DNA of 63,317 nt, filler included, from Octopus bimaculoides (GCF_001194135.2; 8 parts of 6 records of this genome joined end to end with filler, not necessarily neighbours in it); one strand, 5' to 3'; positions 26,130-39,794 are shown, counted from the first letter of the whole stretch. Translations and numbers: made by a program. The notes: generated from the sequence alone by a model not told the origin.

Positions 26130-26255
26130 TACCACCGAGATACACTGTGCCATTCAGCCTTTCGGGATCAATAAAATAAAGTACCAGTCAAGTAATGGGA
26201 TCGATGACATCGACTAACCTTTTCCTTAAAAATTGCTGTTCTTGTGTCAAAATTT
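26130..26255 (+). mobile_element. SINE family A body, plus strand
   Basis: ccattcagcctttcgggatcaataaaataaagtaccagtcaagtaatgggatcgatg...cttgtgtcaaaatttgaa. Confidence 0.75.
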
Positions 26256-26857
26256 GAAGAGATTAATTTTTCTCACATCGTTAGATATATGCATTATCTT
26301 GTCCACAGCGAGTTTCCTTTTACGTGAATCGAAAGACTCATTGAAATATTATCTTTGTTTCCTTGTCCCGAGTTTTTTCTTAACTATAGAACAAAATATT
26401 ATTCGTATGTCTTTTATTAATTCAATGGTCTTGTGTTGCCAAATCTTTCGTATGTTTCGTTCAGTTTCGTACATTAGTTCTTCTGTCTTCTCATAAAATA
26501 ACCATCCAGTTCAACGTCACACTGTCTCAGTATCTTTTATGTTCCTCTTCTCATCACACCATTCCCTAGTAGCATTTATAAAGCTGCATGCTCTCCGAAA
26601 CGAACAATCCTTTTCTTAAAGTGCCGAAATCGTCATGATCTTTTTAGTTGGGTTTTGTGCTTTTCCTGTGGCTCTATTAAATTAGACATCTATATAGCGT
26701 ATTTAATATATATACACAGCTGAGGCCAATTACTGCAATATTTGTGCTGAGATAACATCCCTTATGAACTTGCAGTGTTAAAAGACAATAAACATCAGAG
26801 GGAAACGAAAATTCGCCCCAGCAGCAGCAGCTAGTGAGAATGTCAGTCACAAATATA

Positions 26858-27076
26858 CGAATGGTGCTGAAAATTTCTTGACTTCTGGGTAAAATAAAAT
26901 ACAGGAGGATCAGTTAATTAGGATTTTATTCAACATATTCCCCTCGCAGATTTACACACAGATTTACAGCAGTCCTTCAGGTTTTCTAAGCCCTGTAAAA
27001 GAACTCGGAAGGTTGAACCTCCAACCAGGCCTTTCGCGATATTCTTAAAGCCAGGAACTTTTCAGCATCTCCATCG
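26858..27076. mobile_element. mariner-derived MITE
   Basis: TIRs cgaatggtgctgaaaatttcttgactt / aagccaggaacttttcagcatctccatcg with TA flanks. Confidence 0.78.
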
Positions 27077-27964
27077 TACTTTACAGCATCCAAGCAAAGT
27101 CACATGACGCACATAAAAACACACACATAGAGATTACTCACATAAAAACCGCACATACACACAACCCACACTTACATAAAAATATACATACACACAGCGT
27201 ACATCCACATAAAGACACATACATAGAGCGTATACGCACTCTTATTCCATACACCCATAAACGCTGACGAACACATAAAATCACGTAAACGAAACAACAC
27301 TCTCATAAACAGCGCACGCATATATACACACTATTAACGTTGCGCGCGTGCACAACACATAGACACACATTCTCACACATAAACAGACATCCACCAAATA
27401 CACAAAGATGTCATATACACACAAATGGTCATACACGCAAGGCAGTCATACATACACAGACCCATCGTCACATACCCATATAGGCGTCCGTTCATTATCT
27501 TTCCCCACCTCCCTCCGCTATTATTTGGACATCTGTAACCTCATACACTCGCCCTTCGGCTATTTTACCCTTCGATCAACCTCTCCACTTAAAACAAAAA
27601 TCATTTTAATTGGACCTCGTCTTTCATTTTAACACCAGCTGTCAATAAACAAGCAAACAAATACAAACGAATATAAAATAAAAGAATGAATAAATATAAT
27701 TCAAGACAAAAATATGTGTTGATGCTAGGCCTGGATCCCGCCCTATGTAAATTAAACGAAAAAAGGTAAAGACCCTCTTTGGTCACGAACGACCATGAGA
27801 TTGCACATAGACAGTTCCCCTTCCAGGTACAAGTACAGGCAAGGTTGTTTGTGAAAGACGAGCAGTCGCATATGCATACCCCCCACCACCCTGTCTCCAC
27901 ACTACCGATGTTATCGAAAAGAGAGACAAAAGCAAATGCACTCTGGCACCAGCGACTTCAAAAC

Positions 27965-28100
27965 TTTTTTTTAAAGGTGAGTGAACTGGGGCAACGTGAA
28001 ATAAAGTGTCTTACTCAAGAACACAACACACAACCCAATCTGGGAATCGAACTCATAACCTCACGATTAGAAGCCCGACACTCTAACCACTGATCCATGC
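27965..28100 (-). mobile_element. SINE family C
   Basis: gagtgaactggggcaacgtgaaataaagtgtcttactcaagaacacaac...gggaatcgaactc...ctaaccactga, reverse complement of the 55072 copy. Confidence 0.82.
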
Positions 28101-28356
28101 CACTTTGCTCTATGTAAATTAAAGTTTCCCCCAATGCATATGCACTCGCGCGTAGGTGTACACCTAAAATACGCAACTAAAACTGCATGTACACACGCAC
28201 ACACAAACGTACACACACACACACACGCATATACACTCACGCAGACACACACACATTTACACGCGCATGCATTCACATTACACACTGCTTATAAACAGAT
28301 ACATGCACAGGTAAACATAAATACCCACACCTCACAAACACACATATATACACATA

Positions 28357-28910
28357 TGAGGAGGTACTCCAAAGTAACCGGAAACATTCTCTGTGGGACA
28401 AGTCCATTGTAATTCGGGCTTTCGATGCCAGAAGCCACTTGATGCAACCCTCAGGCATCAGACTGCCAACCGGCGTTGTCATGTGTAATCATATTGTCAC
28501 ATGGCATGTCTTTGTTTTGAAGTACTTCTCCACTGTTCGTCGATTTTTGCGATGGCTGAAGGAAAGAGACAGCGTGCTTCTGAGAAATTCTGTTTTCTGC
28601 TGGGGAAAACAGCGGTCGAAACAGCTGTCACGCTTCAAACAGCTTACAAGGATGCTGCCATGAGCAAAGCACAAGTTTATGGGTGGTTCCCATGCTTTAG
28701 GAATGGTTACTTGTCATTTCAAGACCAACCTCGCTCAGGCCGTTCGTCGACCTTCGGAATAATTGAAGACATCAGGAAATTTCATGAACTGATCTTGGAG
28801 AACCATCACCGAGCAATTGACAAACTTGTTGACATGGCTGGTGTGGCCTGGAGCTTGTGCCAACGAATTTTGAGCGAGGAAGAGTTGCAGCAAAATTTTT
28901 CTCGCTTGTT
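28357..28910 (+). mobile_element. mariner transposon 5' fragment (N-terminal HTH)
   Basis: left end TA|tgaggaggtactccaaagtaaccgg; ORF QRASEKFCFLLGKTAVETAVTLQTAYKDAAMSKAQVYGWFPCFRNG..SFQDQPRSGRSS. Confidence 0.9.
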
Positions 28911-28974
28911 CACCGAAGATCATGTCTGTGTGTTTGTCTGTGTGTTTGTGTTTGTGTTTGTGTGTGTGTGTGTA

Positions 28975-29020
<46 letters not shown>

Positions 29021-29414
29021 GGGGGTGTCTACAAGTATATAAACATAAAATCTCCATCCCATGTTTGGATAGATATGTAAACACGTCTCTGTGGAAAATA
29101 TTTGCTCGTGTGAAAGCAAAAGAGTTGCTTATTAGATAAATAACTATTAAGTATTGTTCGTAGCCAGCGCCTGGGATGCAAATTCTGACAACAATTCTGT
29201 GGTCTCCGAGTTTGTTTTTACTAGAAACAGATACAAGCTACTGTATTTGTTGCAGGNNNNNNNNNNNNNNNNNNNNNNNNNNNNNNNNNNNNNNNNNNNN
29301 TTAATTAATTAANNNNNNNNNNNNNNNNNNNNNNNNNNNNNNNNNNNNNNNNNNNNGTGGGGGCAGAAGAAGAAAAGCGCAGCAGCATGATGCATTAAAG
29401 AAAATGTCTTTTTA

Positions 29415-29583
29415 TCGTTTAGCGTCTGTTTGTTCCTAGGCATTAGACTGCGGCCATGCTGCAGCACCGCCTTGAAGGGTTTTCGAGGCAAACAAAGCAA
29501 CCGTAGTGCTGATGTTTGCTCTACTTATTCTATCGGTCTCTTATTATAGAACCCCTTCGGTACGTAAACAAACCAACACCAGT

Positions 29584-29636
<53 letters not shown>

Positions 29637-29730
29637 CACACACATGGGAGAAAGGCTTCCTTCAGTTTCCGTTTACCAAATCCACTCATAAGCCTTTGGT
29701 CGACCCGAGGCTATAGTAGAAAACACTTGC
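29415..29730 (-). mobile_element. SINE family B
   Basis: cattagactgcggccatgctgcagcaccgcc...cttattctatcggtctc, (CA)n, ggcttccttcagtttccgtttaccaaatccactc...gaggctatagtagaaaacacttgc. Confidence 0.88.
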
Positions 29731-30300
29731 TCATCTGCTGTCTTATAAAATAAAGGACACGTCAGATAGTGTGGTTCTAGATATACAAAGAGACGTGACC
29801 ACGGACGGGAAGCTTTTCACTTTATATCTGCCCGACCTGGATTAGCCTAGGGTGAAACAAACAACAACCCCATTTGTGGAAATGTGCTTATTTAAGAGGT
29901 TGTCCTTTTCGTTGTTAGCATCCTAGAGAACAGCATGAAAGCCACTGCAAGCACCACAAAGCGTTACATTTTGTGAGCCAACACTCTACGTGGTTGCTAG
30001 TCCAGATAGAAAATGCAGTCGGATCCACCTCATGTCTTAGAAAATCTTAGAAAAGAACATTTTGGTTTGCGTGGGCCTGGGTTCTTTTCACTCTGGAAAA
30101 AGACAGGTTGCCTACGGTTGGAAGATTTTGATAACAATCCTGCTCAAGAACAACAAAGGCATGCTTAGAATTGAGAATTCTTTTAAGCTGAAGGTGCAAC
30201 TGTCGGTTTCAATTCTTGTTCCATCTTCACTTTTTTTTTTGTTAGAAAAATAATTATTTTTAAATCTCACAACGAGAGATATTCAGCAACAGTACTTTGG

Positions 30301-30573
30301 AGTAGAGATTGTTTGCCAACATAACATGGCAGTCCTGGTTTTGGACTAACGTTGCTGTAATTTAGCCCCAGGAGACATCGTCTCCAGCTGGCTATATGAC
30401 ACGATCTGTGTCCTTATATTTTCGAGTGGGGTTGCTAGATTCCCTTGTTCGAAAGTATAAGGACACAGATCGTATCGTATAGCCAGCTGGAGACGATGTC
30501 TCCTGAGACTAAATTACAGCAACATTCGTCCTAAACCAGGACTGCCATGTTATGTTGGCAAACAATCTTTACT
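30301..30573. mobile_element. near-palindromic fold-back MITE (~125-bp arms, ~20-bp loop)
   Basis: agtagagattgtttgccaacataacatggcagtcctgg...ccttatattttcga mirrored by tcgaaagtataagg...ccaggactgccatgttatgttggcaaacaatctttact. Confidence 0.92.
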
Positions 30574-30869
30574 ATTTTTTCGTTGCAAATTTCCTTTCAC
30601 TTGCAATGGGAAAATGGCATAAACATCACATCACCTAAAATATAGTAAAATATATTATTTGAATGTCAAGTAATTGAGAAAAAAAAAAGCCTGCTCTAAT
30701 TTCATATCATTTATGTTTTCTAATAAATTGGGTGTTGACATAATTGTTGTAATGATTGAAGAGATTTTAATTAATTGAAATTAAGCGTGTAGTAATGAGG
30801 GAAATAAAGTCATTATGTCAAGGACTAAGTCTAGTTAAGAAATGCAGGGAAGGCAACTCGGAAGGGGGT

Positions 30870-30909
<40 letters not shown>

Positions 30910-30924
30910 ACGCATATATATGAC

Positions 30925-31050
30925 AGGCTTCCACATTGTTTCCTTTAATCAAATTCACTCAGGTGGCATTAGTCGGCCCGGGGCTATAGTAGAAGACACT
31001 TGTCTAAGGCGTCGTGAAGTGGGACTGAACTTGAAACCACATGATTGCAA
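30925..31050 (-). mobile_element. SINE family B, 5' half
   Basis: gtcggcccgggctatagtagaagacacttgtctaagg...gtgggactgaacttgaaaccacatg. Confidence 0.82.
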
Positions 31051-31294
31051 AGCGAGCTTCTTAACCAGCACCGAAATAATATGACTGGTAACTTTGGACA
31101 TGTTCCGGGCTTATATGACCTCATTAGCGAAACAATGTCTTAATTTCTTGCTCTTAAAATAGGATAGAGTTATAACTGAAAAGGAGTGAACATAGGAAGC
31201 GGCTGTATCTTATTTGCGATATAATCAGTACCAGTAATATACAGCGGGATGGCTCAGTATATATATATATATATCTATATATATATATATATAT

Positions 31295-31470
31295 ATACAT
31301 GCCCTCTTCTCTGGAGTTTTTCCTCTATCCGACGAAGATCCGTGCTCGAAACGTCATTTCAACTCCTATTTTTCTATTTAATACTTTAAGCAGGCGTTAA
31401 TGTCTAACGTATTCACTGTGTACAGCCAAATGACTGTTGTTGCTTATCCCCTGCTGTTTTTGTTCATGGA
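31295..31470 (+). mobile_element. short Penelope-pLTR-like element with a decayed hammerhead-like core
   Basis: ccgacgaagatccgtgctcgaaacgtc at 31329-31355; flanked by (TA)n. Confidence 0.55.
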
Positions 31471-31779
31471 TTTCCCGACATATATATATATATATATGTG
31501 TGTGTGTGTATATATGTATGTGTGTTTGTATGTATGTATGTATTATTTTCAATTGTTCTTTTTTTTAGTTGTATGACGTCACGGCAGAGGCGATAACTGA
31601 TTGGCTTATCGCCACACTCATTCATATTTAATGACTAATTAATGTTATATGATACAGACAGCAACATATAAATAAATAAGTAAATAAATAAATAAAAATG
31701 ATAATGATAATTTCCATCATCATGATCATGATCATCATCATCATTATTATTATTTCTAACGACAAGAACAATAACTGTA

Positions 31780-32160
31780 ATTCCCTTTATTGGCCACAAG
31801 GGCCCAAAACGTTGGCGTTGCTGGGGAGAAACTACAAAGTCGAAATGCAAAAAAAAAAAAAACCGAAAAATTCCAGAAAACATGAACAAAAAAAAACTCT
31901 CCGGCCAAACAAGGAAGGGTTTGTATTGGTGGGCGGTGTAGATCGATAAAACCATTGAGATCAATAACAAGAAATAACAAGAACGGTCCCGAGAAATGGT
32001 GGGACGGGGTGTGGGTGGTCCCGAGAAATGGTGGGCGGAGGGCGGTCTGTGACTACATAATGTGGTGTGGGGTACCCAGGCTGCAAACCCCTTCGATTAC
32101 CATGATATACCAAGCTCTGTAAGTTGCCGCCCTCCAATTCTGACCACCAACAGAGAGAGA
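31780..32160 (-). mobile_element. probable LINE 3' UTR (Tx1-like terminus)
   Basis: minus strand ends cccttgtggccaataaag, like gccctgtgtggccaataaag at the end of the Tx1-like copy at ~52005; followed by a trinucleotide tract. Confidence 0.4.
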
Positions 32161-32458
32161 GGTCTACAGTTAAGGCCCACGTAGCGACACATGCACATGA
32201 GTGTGTGTGTGTGTGTGTTTATGAGTGTGCATGTGTGTGAGTTTGTGTGTGTGCTTGTGTGTGTGTGTGTGTGTGTGTGTGCGCGTTATTAAGTATGGCT
32301 GTGTATGGTAAGTGAAAGGATGAAGTAACTCGTGAATCATTATCACGGGTGTTATATTATTATTTGGGGAGAGGATAAGGGATTTGATGTCCGAGAGAAA
32401 TACGTAGTACACTACACTACACACACACACACACACAATTGCATAGATATCTATCTAC

Positions 32459-32504
<46 letters not shown>

Positions 32505-32766
32505 ACACATTGAAGTGGGGTGCGCCAAAACTAGCCTTTCCCGATTCTTAAACAAGGTCTCAACGTCAAACGCACGGAAGTGCCACGGTGAAAAACGTGA
32601 TGCCAGAAGGAAAAATATATAACAGAAACCAACAATAAACCAATTCCTTCTGCTTAACCGAACTTCATTTGCACCACCTTAATGGGTAAAACATGGGACG
32701 TTTTTCTGCCGCACGCTGTGTCAATGTATGTGTTTCTATCTATCTATCTAGCTAGCTATCTTTGCT

Positions 32767-32809
<43 letters not shown>

Positions 32810-32889
32810 CACATACATACATGCATACATACATACATATATATGAATATATATAAACACGCATTGGTGGTACATATATATATATTCTT

Positions 32890-33095
32890 TTCTGCTCTAG
32901 GCACAAGGCCCGAAAGTTTTAGGGAGGGGGTGAGGGCAGTCGATTAGAACGATCCTAGTACACAACTGGTACTTAATTTATCGAACCTGAAAGTATGAAA
33001 GGCAAAGTCGACCTCGGCGGAATTTGAACTCAAAACGTAAAGACGGACGAAATACCGCTATACATTTCGCCCAGCGTGCTAACGTCTCTGCCAGG
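32890..33095 (-). mobile_element. SINE family A, well preserved
   Basis: ggcacaaggcccgaaag...ggcaaagtcgacctcggcggaatttgaactcaaaacgtaaagacggacgaaataccgcta...gtgctaacgtctctgccag; reverse complement has a B-box-like gagttcaaattcc. Confidence 0.92.
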
Positions 33096-33114
33096 GTACA
33101 TGTATATTGATGGA

Positions 33115-33148
<34 letters not shown>

Positions 33149-33815
33149 TATGGCCGTAATTATTCCCGCGCGGATACACACACACACACACACACATATA
33201 TACATGCACCCCAAGATCTGATATCGTTTCTGACACACACCACACAGCATTTGATAATCATTCCACGCCGAATCTACCCGGATTCTAACACATTAAACAA
33301 ATATAAGGGGTGGAGCACATCAGCTGTAAAACCCCGCCCACTTTAAATTTAAACTGAAACAAATACCCGCCCATCTCATACTGTCACTCTCACTCTCTAA
33401 CTCTCCTTTTTCTTCTCTCTTTCCGTCTCCCGCTCATCTTTACTCTCCCTCTTTCATTCATATATTTACTCTTTCCATATGTGTGTGTATGTGTATGTGT
33501 GTGTGTGTGTATGTGTGTGTGTGTGNNNNNNNNNNNNNNNNNNNNNNNNNNNNNNNNNNNNNNNNNNNNNNNNNNNNNNNNNNNNNNNNNNNNNNNNNNN
33601 NNNNNNNNNNNNNNNNNNNNNNNNNGTGTTTATCCAAAGGAATCGTGGTCTTATTGGTATGATCTATTTTCTATGAAAGAATGTGTGTGAATGTATGTAT
33701 TTAGTTGCTATTTCTAGCAGACCTAGCAATTACATAGTCTCCACCTTAGGCTCATAGTTTTATTTCTTGTTAATGTAGGCGTCTAAGGCTCCTGGGTAAC
33801 CTATATATATATACG

Positions 33816-33859
<44 letters not shown>

Positions 33860-34022
33860 CTATTCGTCCCATTCCGTTTAATATAATGTGTGGGTGTCAC
33901 GATAAGATTGAAACATTAGACATGTGTTCTACCCTCAACTTACCCTTAATTGATAAACGGGGTGAAAAATGTGTTGATGCGGTGGATGTTGCGACTACTA
34001 CCATTTACAACGCGCGTGTGTA

Positions 34023-34055
<33 letters not shown>

Positions 34056-34696
34056 CTACGGGTGGGTGTGTCTATGTATATGATAGATTTGAGATTTTAT
34101 GTCCAGTTTCCTCTAACCGATTCTACTCATATGGAATTGGTCAACCCTTTATTTGTATAGCAAAATACATATTTTTATGGTGCTGTGTCGGGGTATCGAA
34201 CACAGAACCATGGGGCCTTGTAGTGGTGAAGCGAGCCTCTTAACGTCACAGGCATCCGTAAATCCATACACACATACATACACACATATATATATACACA
34301 TGCATATATACATACATATATATATATATGTATGTATATATATGTATATATATGTATGTATGTATATATATGTATATATATGTATGTATGTATATATATG
34401 TATATATATGTATGTATGNNNNNNNNNNTATATGTATATATATGTATGTATGTATATATATGTATATATATGTATGTATGTATATATATGTATATATATA
34501 TATATATATATTATGTAAATGTATATAAGTGGGGGAGAGGGAGGGAGCGGCATATAGTGTTGTACTCGACAGACGTTCGATTCCCGCATGGCTCATTACC
34601 CATCACATATCACCCGTCCGTTTTCCTACGTGTGATGTCCAGTCACAGTCAATAAGCCTGCTGGCTGTAGTCGCCAGTACAATGCCCATTGTCCAG

Positions 34697-34736
<40 letters not shown>

Positions 34737-34886
34737 CTACACGCACGCATACAATATACATATGGTTACATGAATTACACATCTCTTTCATAAACGCGCA
34801 CTCTCATAGTCAAGACCAACCATATACATGCGTGCATACGAGGTATTATCATAAACATATACATACGCAAGTTCAGCTACGCCTAC

Positions 34887-34921
<35 letters not shown>

Positions 34922-35278
34922 AGTAAACATACATACATACATACACAGTCTCATGTACACATGTATATTTAGGACTCTAACACGCTTCCTAATTCTTGTG
35001 TGTACACACGTACCAGAATGTTTCCGGTATGTATGTACATACACATATACATACGTGTACATGTATATATATACATGCCTAGAGACACACACAAACAAAC
35101 ACTTTCACGAATGCATGATTGCATATATATATATATATGTAAATATATATATATATATATTGATATGTATACAATCACGCATACACACATAAATATATGG
35201 ACACATGTACACACACATACGCCGATGCATTTACACATATATGCTCGCACGTGCACTCACATACACACATGATCATGT

Positions 35279-35309
<31 letters not shown>

Positions 35310-35519
35310 TATATATACTTTAACACACATACGCACATACACTCTCGCACGGNNNNNNNNNNACACACATATATATACTTTAACACACATACGCACATAC
35401 ACTCTCGCACGGACACACACACACACGCACACACACACACAGAGCGAGCACTATGGATCTAACTGAAAATAACTGTTGTGGAAAGTTTGGCCCAGGTCAG
35501 AGGAAAGGGAGGGAGAGAA

Positions 35520-36300
35520 GATGGAGGAGGAGGAGGAGGAAAGAGAATGGTAAATGATGATGATGATGATGATGTAAGTAAGGGGTAGGGTGAGTGAGGG
35601 GCAATACGGATGGGCATAAGGATGGCGTTGGTGGGGATGGTGATGAGGGAAGTGGTGGCGGCGACGGTAGTTCTTTTTTTTTTTTGGTGGTGGCAATGAT
35701 GAAGATAATTGTGGCGATCTAGATGATGATGATGATGACGATGATGACGATGATGATGACGATGATGATGACGATGATGGGGGGGTTGATAAAGGAGATG
35801 GTGGTGGTGGTGGTGGTGGTGGCGACGGTGGGATGGTACAGATTGGGATGACGTAGGTGAGATTTCGGGGATCTTGGTGTTGGTCGTGATGATAATAATG
35901 ATGGTGGCGGCGGTTGCGGTGGTGGTGGTGGTGATGGTGTGGGTGGTGATAGTGATGATGATGATGATGCTGATGATGATGATGGTGGCAATGTTGTAGG
36001 TAAGGATGGTACTCTCGATGTTTTGATGACAGTGATGACGATGATGACGATGATGATGATTAGGGTAAGGATGGTCATGGCGGTATAAGTAGAGGTGATG
36101 ATGGTGGTGGTGGTGGTAGGGGTGGTAGTGGCAACGAAAGGGGGTGAAAGAAAGGATGGTCCAATCCATGGGCGTGGGTAGGGGGTTGAGGTTTGGGGTA
36201 GGGGGTAAATATGGGGTGAGTGTAAACTAACACTTCCCCCCCCTTTCACAAAGAAAACCTACTATATCATTCAACACTTCCGCCATCAAGAGCACACTGC

Positions 36301-36331
<31 letters not shown>

Positions 36332-37690
36332 TCAGCATTAGTAAATGTTGATGTGGTGGTAGTAGTAGAGGGTCATAGTAAAAGTGCTGGTGGTAGTAGT
36401 CGTGGTAATAGTGGTGGTGGTGGTGGTGATAGTAGTGGATTAGTAAATATTGTTTCGGTAGTAGTAGTAGTAGTAGTAGTAGGGGCGGTCATAATAAAAG
36501 TGCTAATGGTGGTAGTGGTAGTAGTAGTAGTAGTAGTTAAGGGGGTGGAGGTGGTGGTGGCGTAATGATAGTGGTAGTCGTAGTAAAAGTGCTAATGTTG
36601 GTGGTGGTGGTGGTGGTGGTGGGAGTACTAACAGCAGTAGTAGTAGCAGTAGTAGTAGTAGTGGTAGTGGTGGTAGTAGTGGTGGTGGTGGTGTGTTTGT
36701 AGCGATTGTAGCGGTCGTAGTAAAAGTGCTGGTAGAGGTGGTAGTACTAACGTGAGTAGCAGCAATTGCAATGGTGGTGGTGGCGGCGGTGGTGTTGATG
36801 GCGGTTGCAGTGGTGGTGGTGGCAGATTTGAGAAAGGGACAGCGTGACCGGGGCTGGGCCCCTTGTCAGTAAAAGTGAAGCTGGTGGGGGTGGGGGAACC
36901 GGATTGCGAAGTCTAACCGTCCTCGTCTGAACCCTAATCATAAGTGACAGTAGTAATGGTAGTAGTAGCAGCAGCAGTAGTAGTAGTAGTAGTGGTGGTG
37001 GTGGTGGTAGTCGTGGTAGTAATATTCGTACTAATAGTAGCAAATAGTTGTGCTAGTGGTAGAGGTAATTATAATAGTAGTGGTAGTAGAAGCAATTGTA
37101 GTAGTAGTAGTTGTTGTTGTTGTAATAGTAGTGGTGGTGGTGGTTGTCGTGGTGGTATTGGTGGTTGCAGGGGGTGTTGTGGTAGTCACGTGGTAGTGTT
37201 GTTGTCAGTGGTAAATTGTAATGATAGTAATCAGTTACAATATATTTGTGGCGGTAATAGTAGTAGTGGTGGTGGTGGTGGTGGTGGTAGTAGTGGTGAC
37301 GGTGGAGGTAGTAGTAGTGGTGGTGATGGTAGTAGTAGTAGTGGTGGTGGTGGTGGGAATAGTAGTGGTGGTGGTGGTTGTAGCAATACTGGTGGTGGTA
37401 GTGATTATAGTTGTAGTAGTAGAGGTGGTGGTAGTAGCAGTAGCACTAATACTGGTGGTTGCAGTAGTTAAAGTAGTAGTGGTGGTAGTAGTAGCCATAG
37501 TAGAAATAGTAGTAGTAGTAGTAGTGGTAGTGGTGGTGGTGGTAAGGGTAGGAGGAAGAGGAGTAAGGCTTACTTCCGTGAACCTCGGCTTTAGCAAGTC
37601 AGGGGAGTTTGGGTTGAGGGAGGGAGGGGCGGGGGCGTCGTAGTGATGGAAATATATGAGGTAGGGCGGGGATGGGAGTGTGGGAGGGGA
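35520..37690. repeat. ~2.2-kb compound trinucleotide low-complexity block (GAT/GGT/AGT)n
   Basis: continuous gatgat, ggtggt and agtagt runs; plus strand strongly depleted in C; source of the poly-V/G-S/T/H ORFs. Confidence 0.95.
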
Positions 37691-37814
37691 TTGGATCATT
37701 CACTGGAACAGTGTGTGGATAATCCGGTTTCAATTCCTGCCTTAGGTTTAATTTTGTAACTAGCCGTGTGCCTTTGAATGTGTAAGACACACCGACGCAA
37801 TATATATAGACAGA

Positions 37815-38100
37815 TACATGATGGGCTTCTTTCAGTTTCCGCCTCTGAAATCCACTCGCACAATATATATATATATATATATATATATTCTTTTCTTTTA
37901 TTTCTTCTATTTGTTTCTGTCATTTGACTGCGGCCATGCTAGAGCACCACCTTTAATCGAGGAAATCGACCCCAGGACTTATTTCTTGTAAACCTAGGGC
38001 TTCTTCTATCAGTCTTTTTTGCCGAAACGCTCAGCTACGGGGACGCAAGCTTACCAGCATCGGTTATCAAGCGATGGTGGTGGGTGGACAAACACACACA
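37815..38100 (-). mobile_element. SINE family B
   Basis: gggcttctttcagtttccgcc...; tttctgtcatttgactgcggccatgctagagcaccacc...gcatcggttatcaagcgatgg. Confidence 0.85.
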
Positions 38101-38111
38101 CACACAAATAC

Positions 38112-38146
<35 letters not shown>

Positions 38147-38689
38147 NNNNNNNNNNNNNNNNNNNNNNNNNNNNNNNNNNNNNNNNNNNNTTAATTAATT
38201 AANNNNNNNNNNNNNNNNNNNNNNNNNNNNNNNNNNNNNNNNNNNNTATATATATAATGTAATTATACGTAAGAATCAAGGTTCTATGTGTAGGAACGTA
38301 ATAAGCTCCGACCAACCCGTTGTAGGTATAACAGTCAACTTTCAGGCATAATAATAGTTTACTGGCGTAGAACGTCGTAGGCTTTCTCTATATTGAATTT
38401 CGATAACCTAAAAAAAAGTTATTTTATAGTTCGCGGTTAGCATCTAGAGTTGTTATGACTTGGAGTTGTTATGAATCCAAATTGATAGAATAGATCAGGT
38501 AAAATCCAGGCTACATATGTTTCGTAACAAGCAGAACCTCGGAAGTAATAATTAATCATCAGACTGAAGCGAAAGTAAACGAAGATTGTATTGTCGTCAG
38601 GAATCTTAAGTTAACTCGCTGCTGATGTAATTTTAATGGAGTACCCCTCGTTGAGTAATTAATAATTTAGAGTTTGTGCCAGCTAGCAA

Positions 38690-39380
38690 ACATATACGCT
38701 TGGAATTTATCTGTACCTAGAAGACACAGACAGAGAAAAATATTATGGTTCAACTCACCTTATAACATGAATTTAGCCACTAACATAGTTACGAAATTTA
38801 AAAAACTAATAGACAAACACTTTTCACATTCACACAAATGCCATTCGATCTTCAACAGAAATACTTTTAAAGATAGCTATAGTTGCCTTCCAAGTATAGG
38901 GTCAATAATACTCAATCACAATAAACATAAGCACACCAGAAATACCTCCGAAAGACAATGAAACTGTTGATGCCCAAACCACTACAATTTAAACCATAAC
39001 TGTTTCGAGAAAGAACTCATGTACAAGTCCAAGATCACTGACTTCCACGGAATAGCATAAATATATATCGGAGTGACGGGCAACTCATTCAAGGAAAATT
39101 ATAAACAAAATTAGGCGTCATTTGGAGACAAACCCCCCCCCCCAAATATATATGCAAAATCTCTGTTAAATATGATGTTGAAAGATGGTAGAATAAGCAA
39201 CCCGTAGATAAAATGGAAAATCATTGCTAAAGCCAGAACATTCAGTGAACGGGGTGCGAAATGTGAACTCTGTATTACTGAAATATTAGATGTTGTACAG
39301 TCAACAGATATATTTCTAAATATTAGAGATGAAACCTTCACCTCTGCATACATAAACAATATTTTACACTCAAATATTTC
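38690..39380 (+). mobile_element. Penelope-like retroelement C-terminal fragment (RT thumb to GIY-YIG)
   Basis: RQRKILWFNSPYNMNLATNIVTKFKKLIDKHFSHSHKCHSIFNRNTFKDSYSCLPSIGSII then YIGVTGNSFKENY ... KWKIIAKAR...CELCITE, typical Penelope-like motifs. Confidence 0.85.
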
Positions 39381-39794
39381 AAAGAGCCCCTATACGCGAG
39401 GGTAACCCAATCGGGATAGCCCAAATACTAAACGTGGACACACATAGCACCCAACTCTCACACGAAGAAGAAATATGCCTCAAAAGCGAACTCTCTGAGC
39501 ACTGAAGTATAGGAACACGATTCCCAGAACAAAAACAAAATAATGCAAAATAATGGAAACAAAAGACAAAATTAAGGGAGACAAACATCCAAAAGATGAT
39601 ACTCAAGATTGATTTATTGATTTATTTACGCGAATTTACGAGGAATCTCGTGGAAGAAGCGTGACTGTTTTGCAAAATAGATTTGAACAACTTTCTCCAT
39701 GTAATCGGCTTGAAAATAGTTTACACAATGGGAAATTATTCTACTTTTCTCAACATGAAACCAATGGTAACCTTAATTCACAAATATACACACA

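Noticed and set aside
31100-31140. Decayed hammerhead-like string on the minus strand (ctaatgaggtc...cccggaacatgtc)
   Set aside because: Both conserved boxes carry mutations and stem I is absent; too weak to call.
34300-35420. Repeated blocks around the 10-N gaps at ~34419 and ~35353
   Set aside because: Same sequence on both sides of a minimal gap: contig-overlap artefact.
35459-37699. Long His-, Thr-, Val- and Gly/Ser-rich ORFs resembling mucin or glycine-rich structural proteins
   Set aside because: Overlapping ORFs in several frames on both strands arise from trinucleotide repeats; no signal peptide or splice structure supports one frame.
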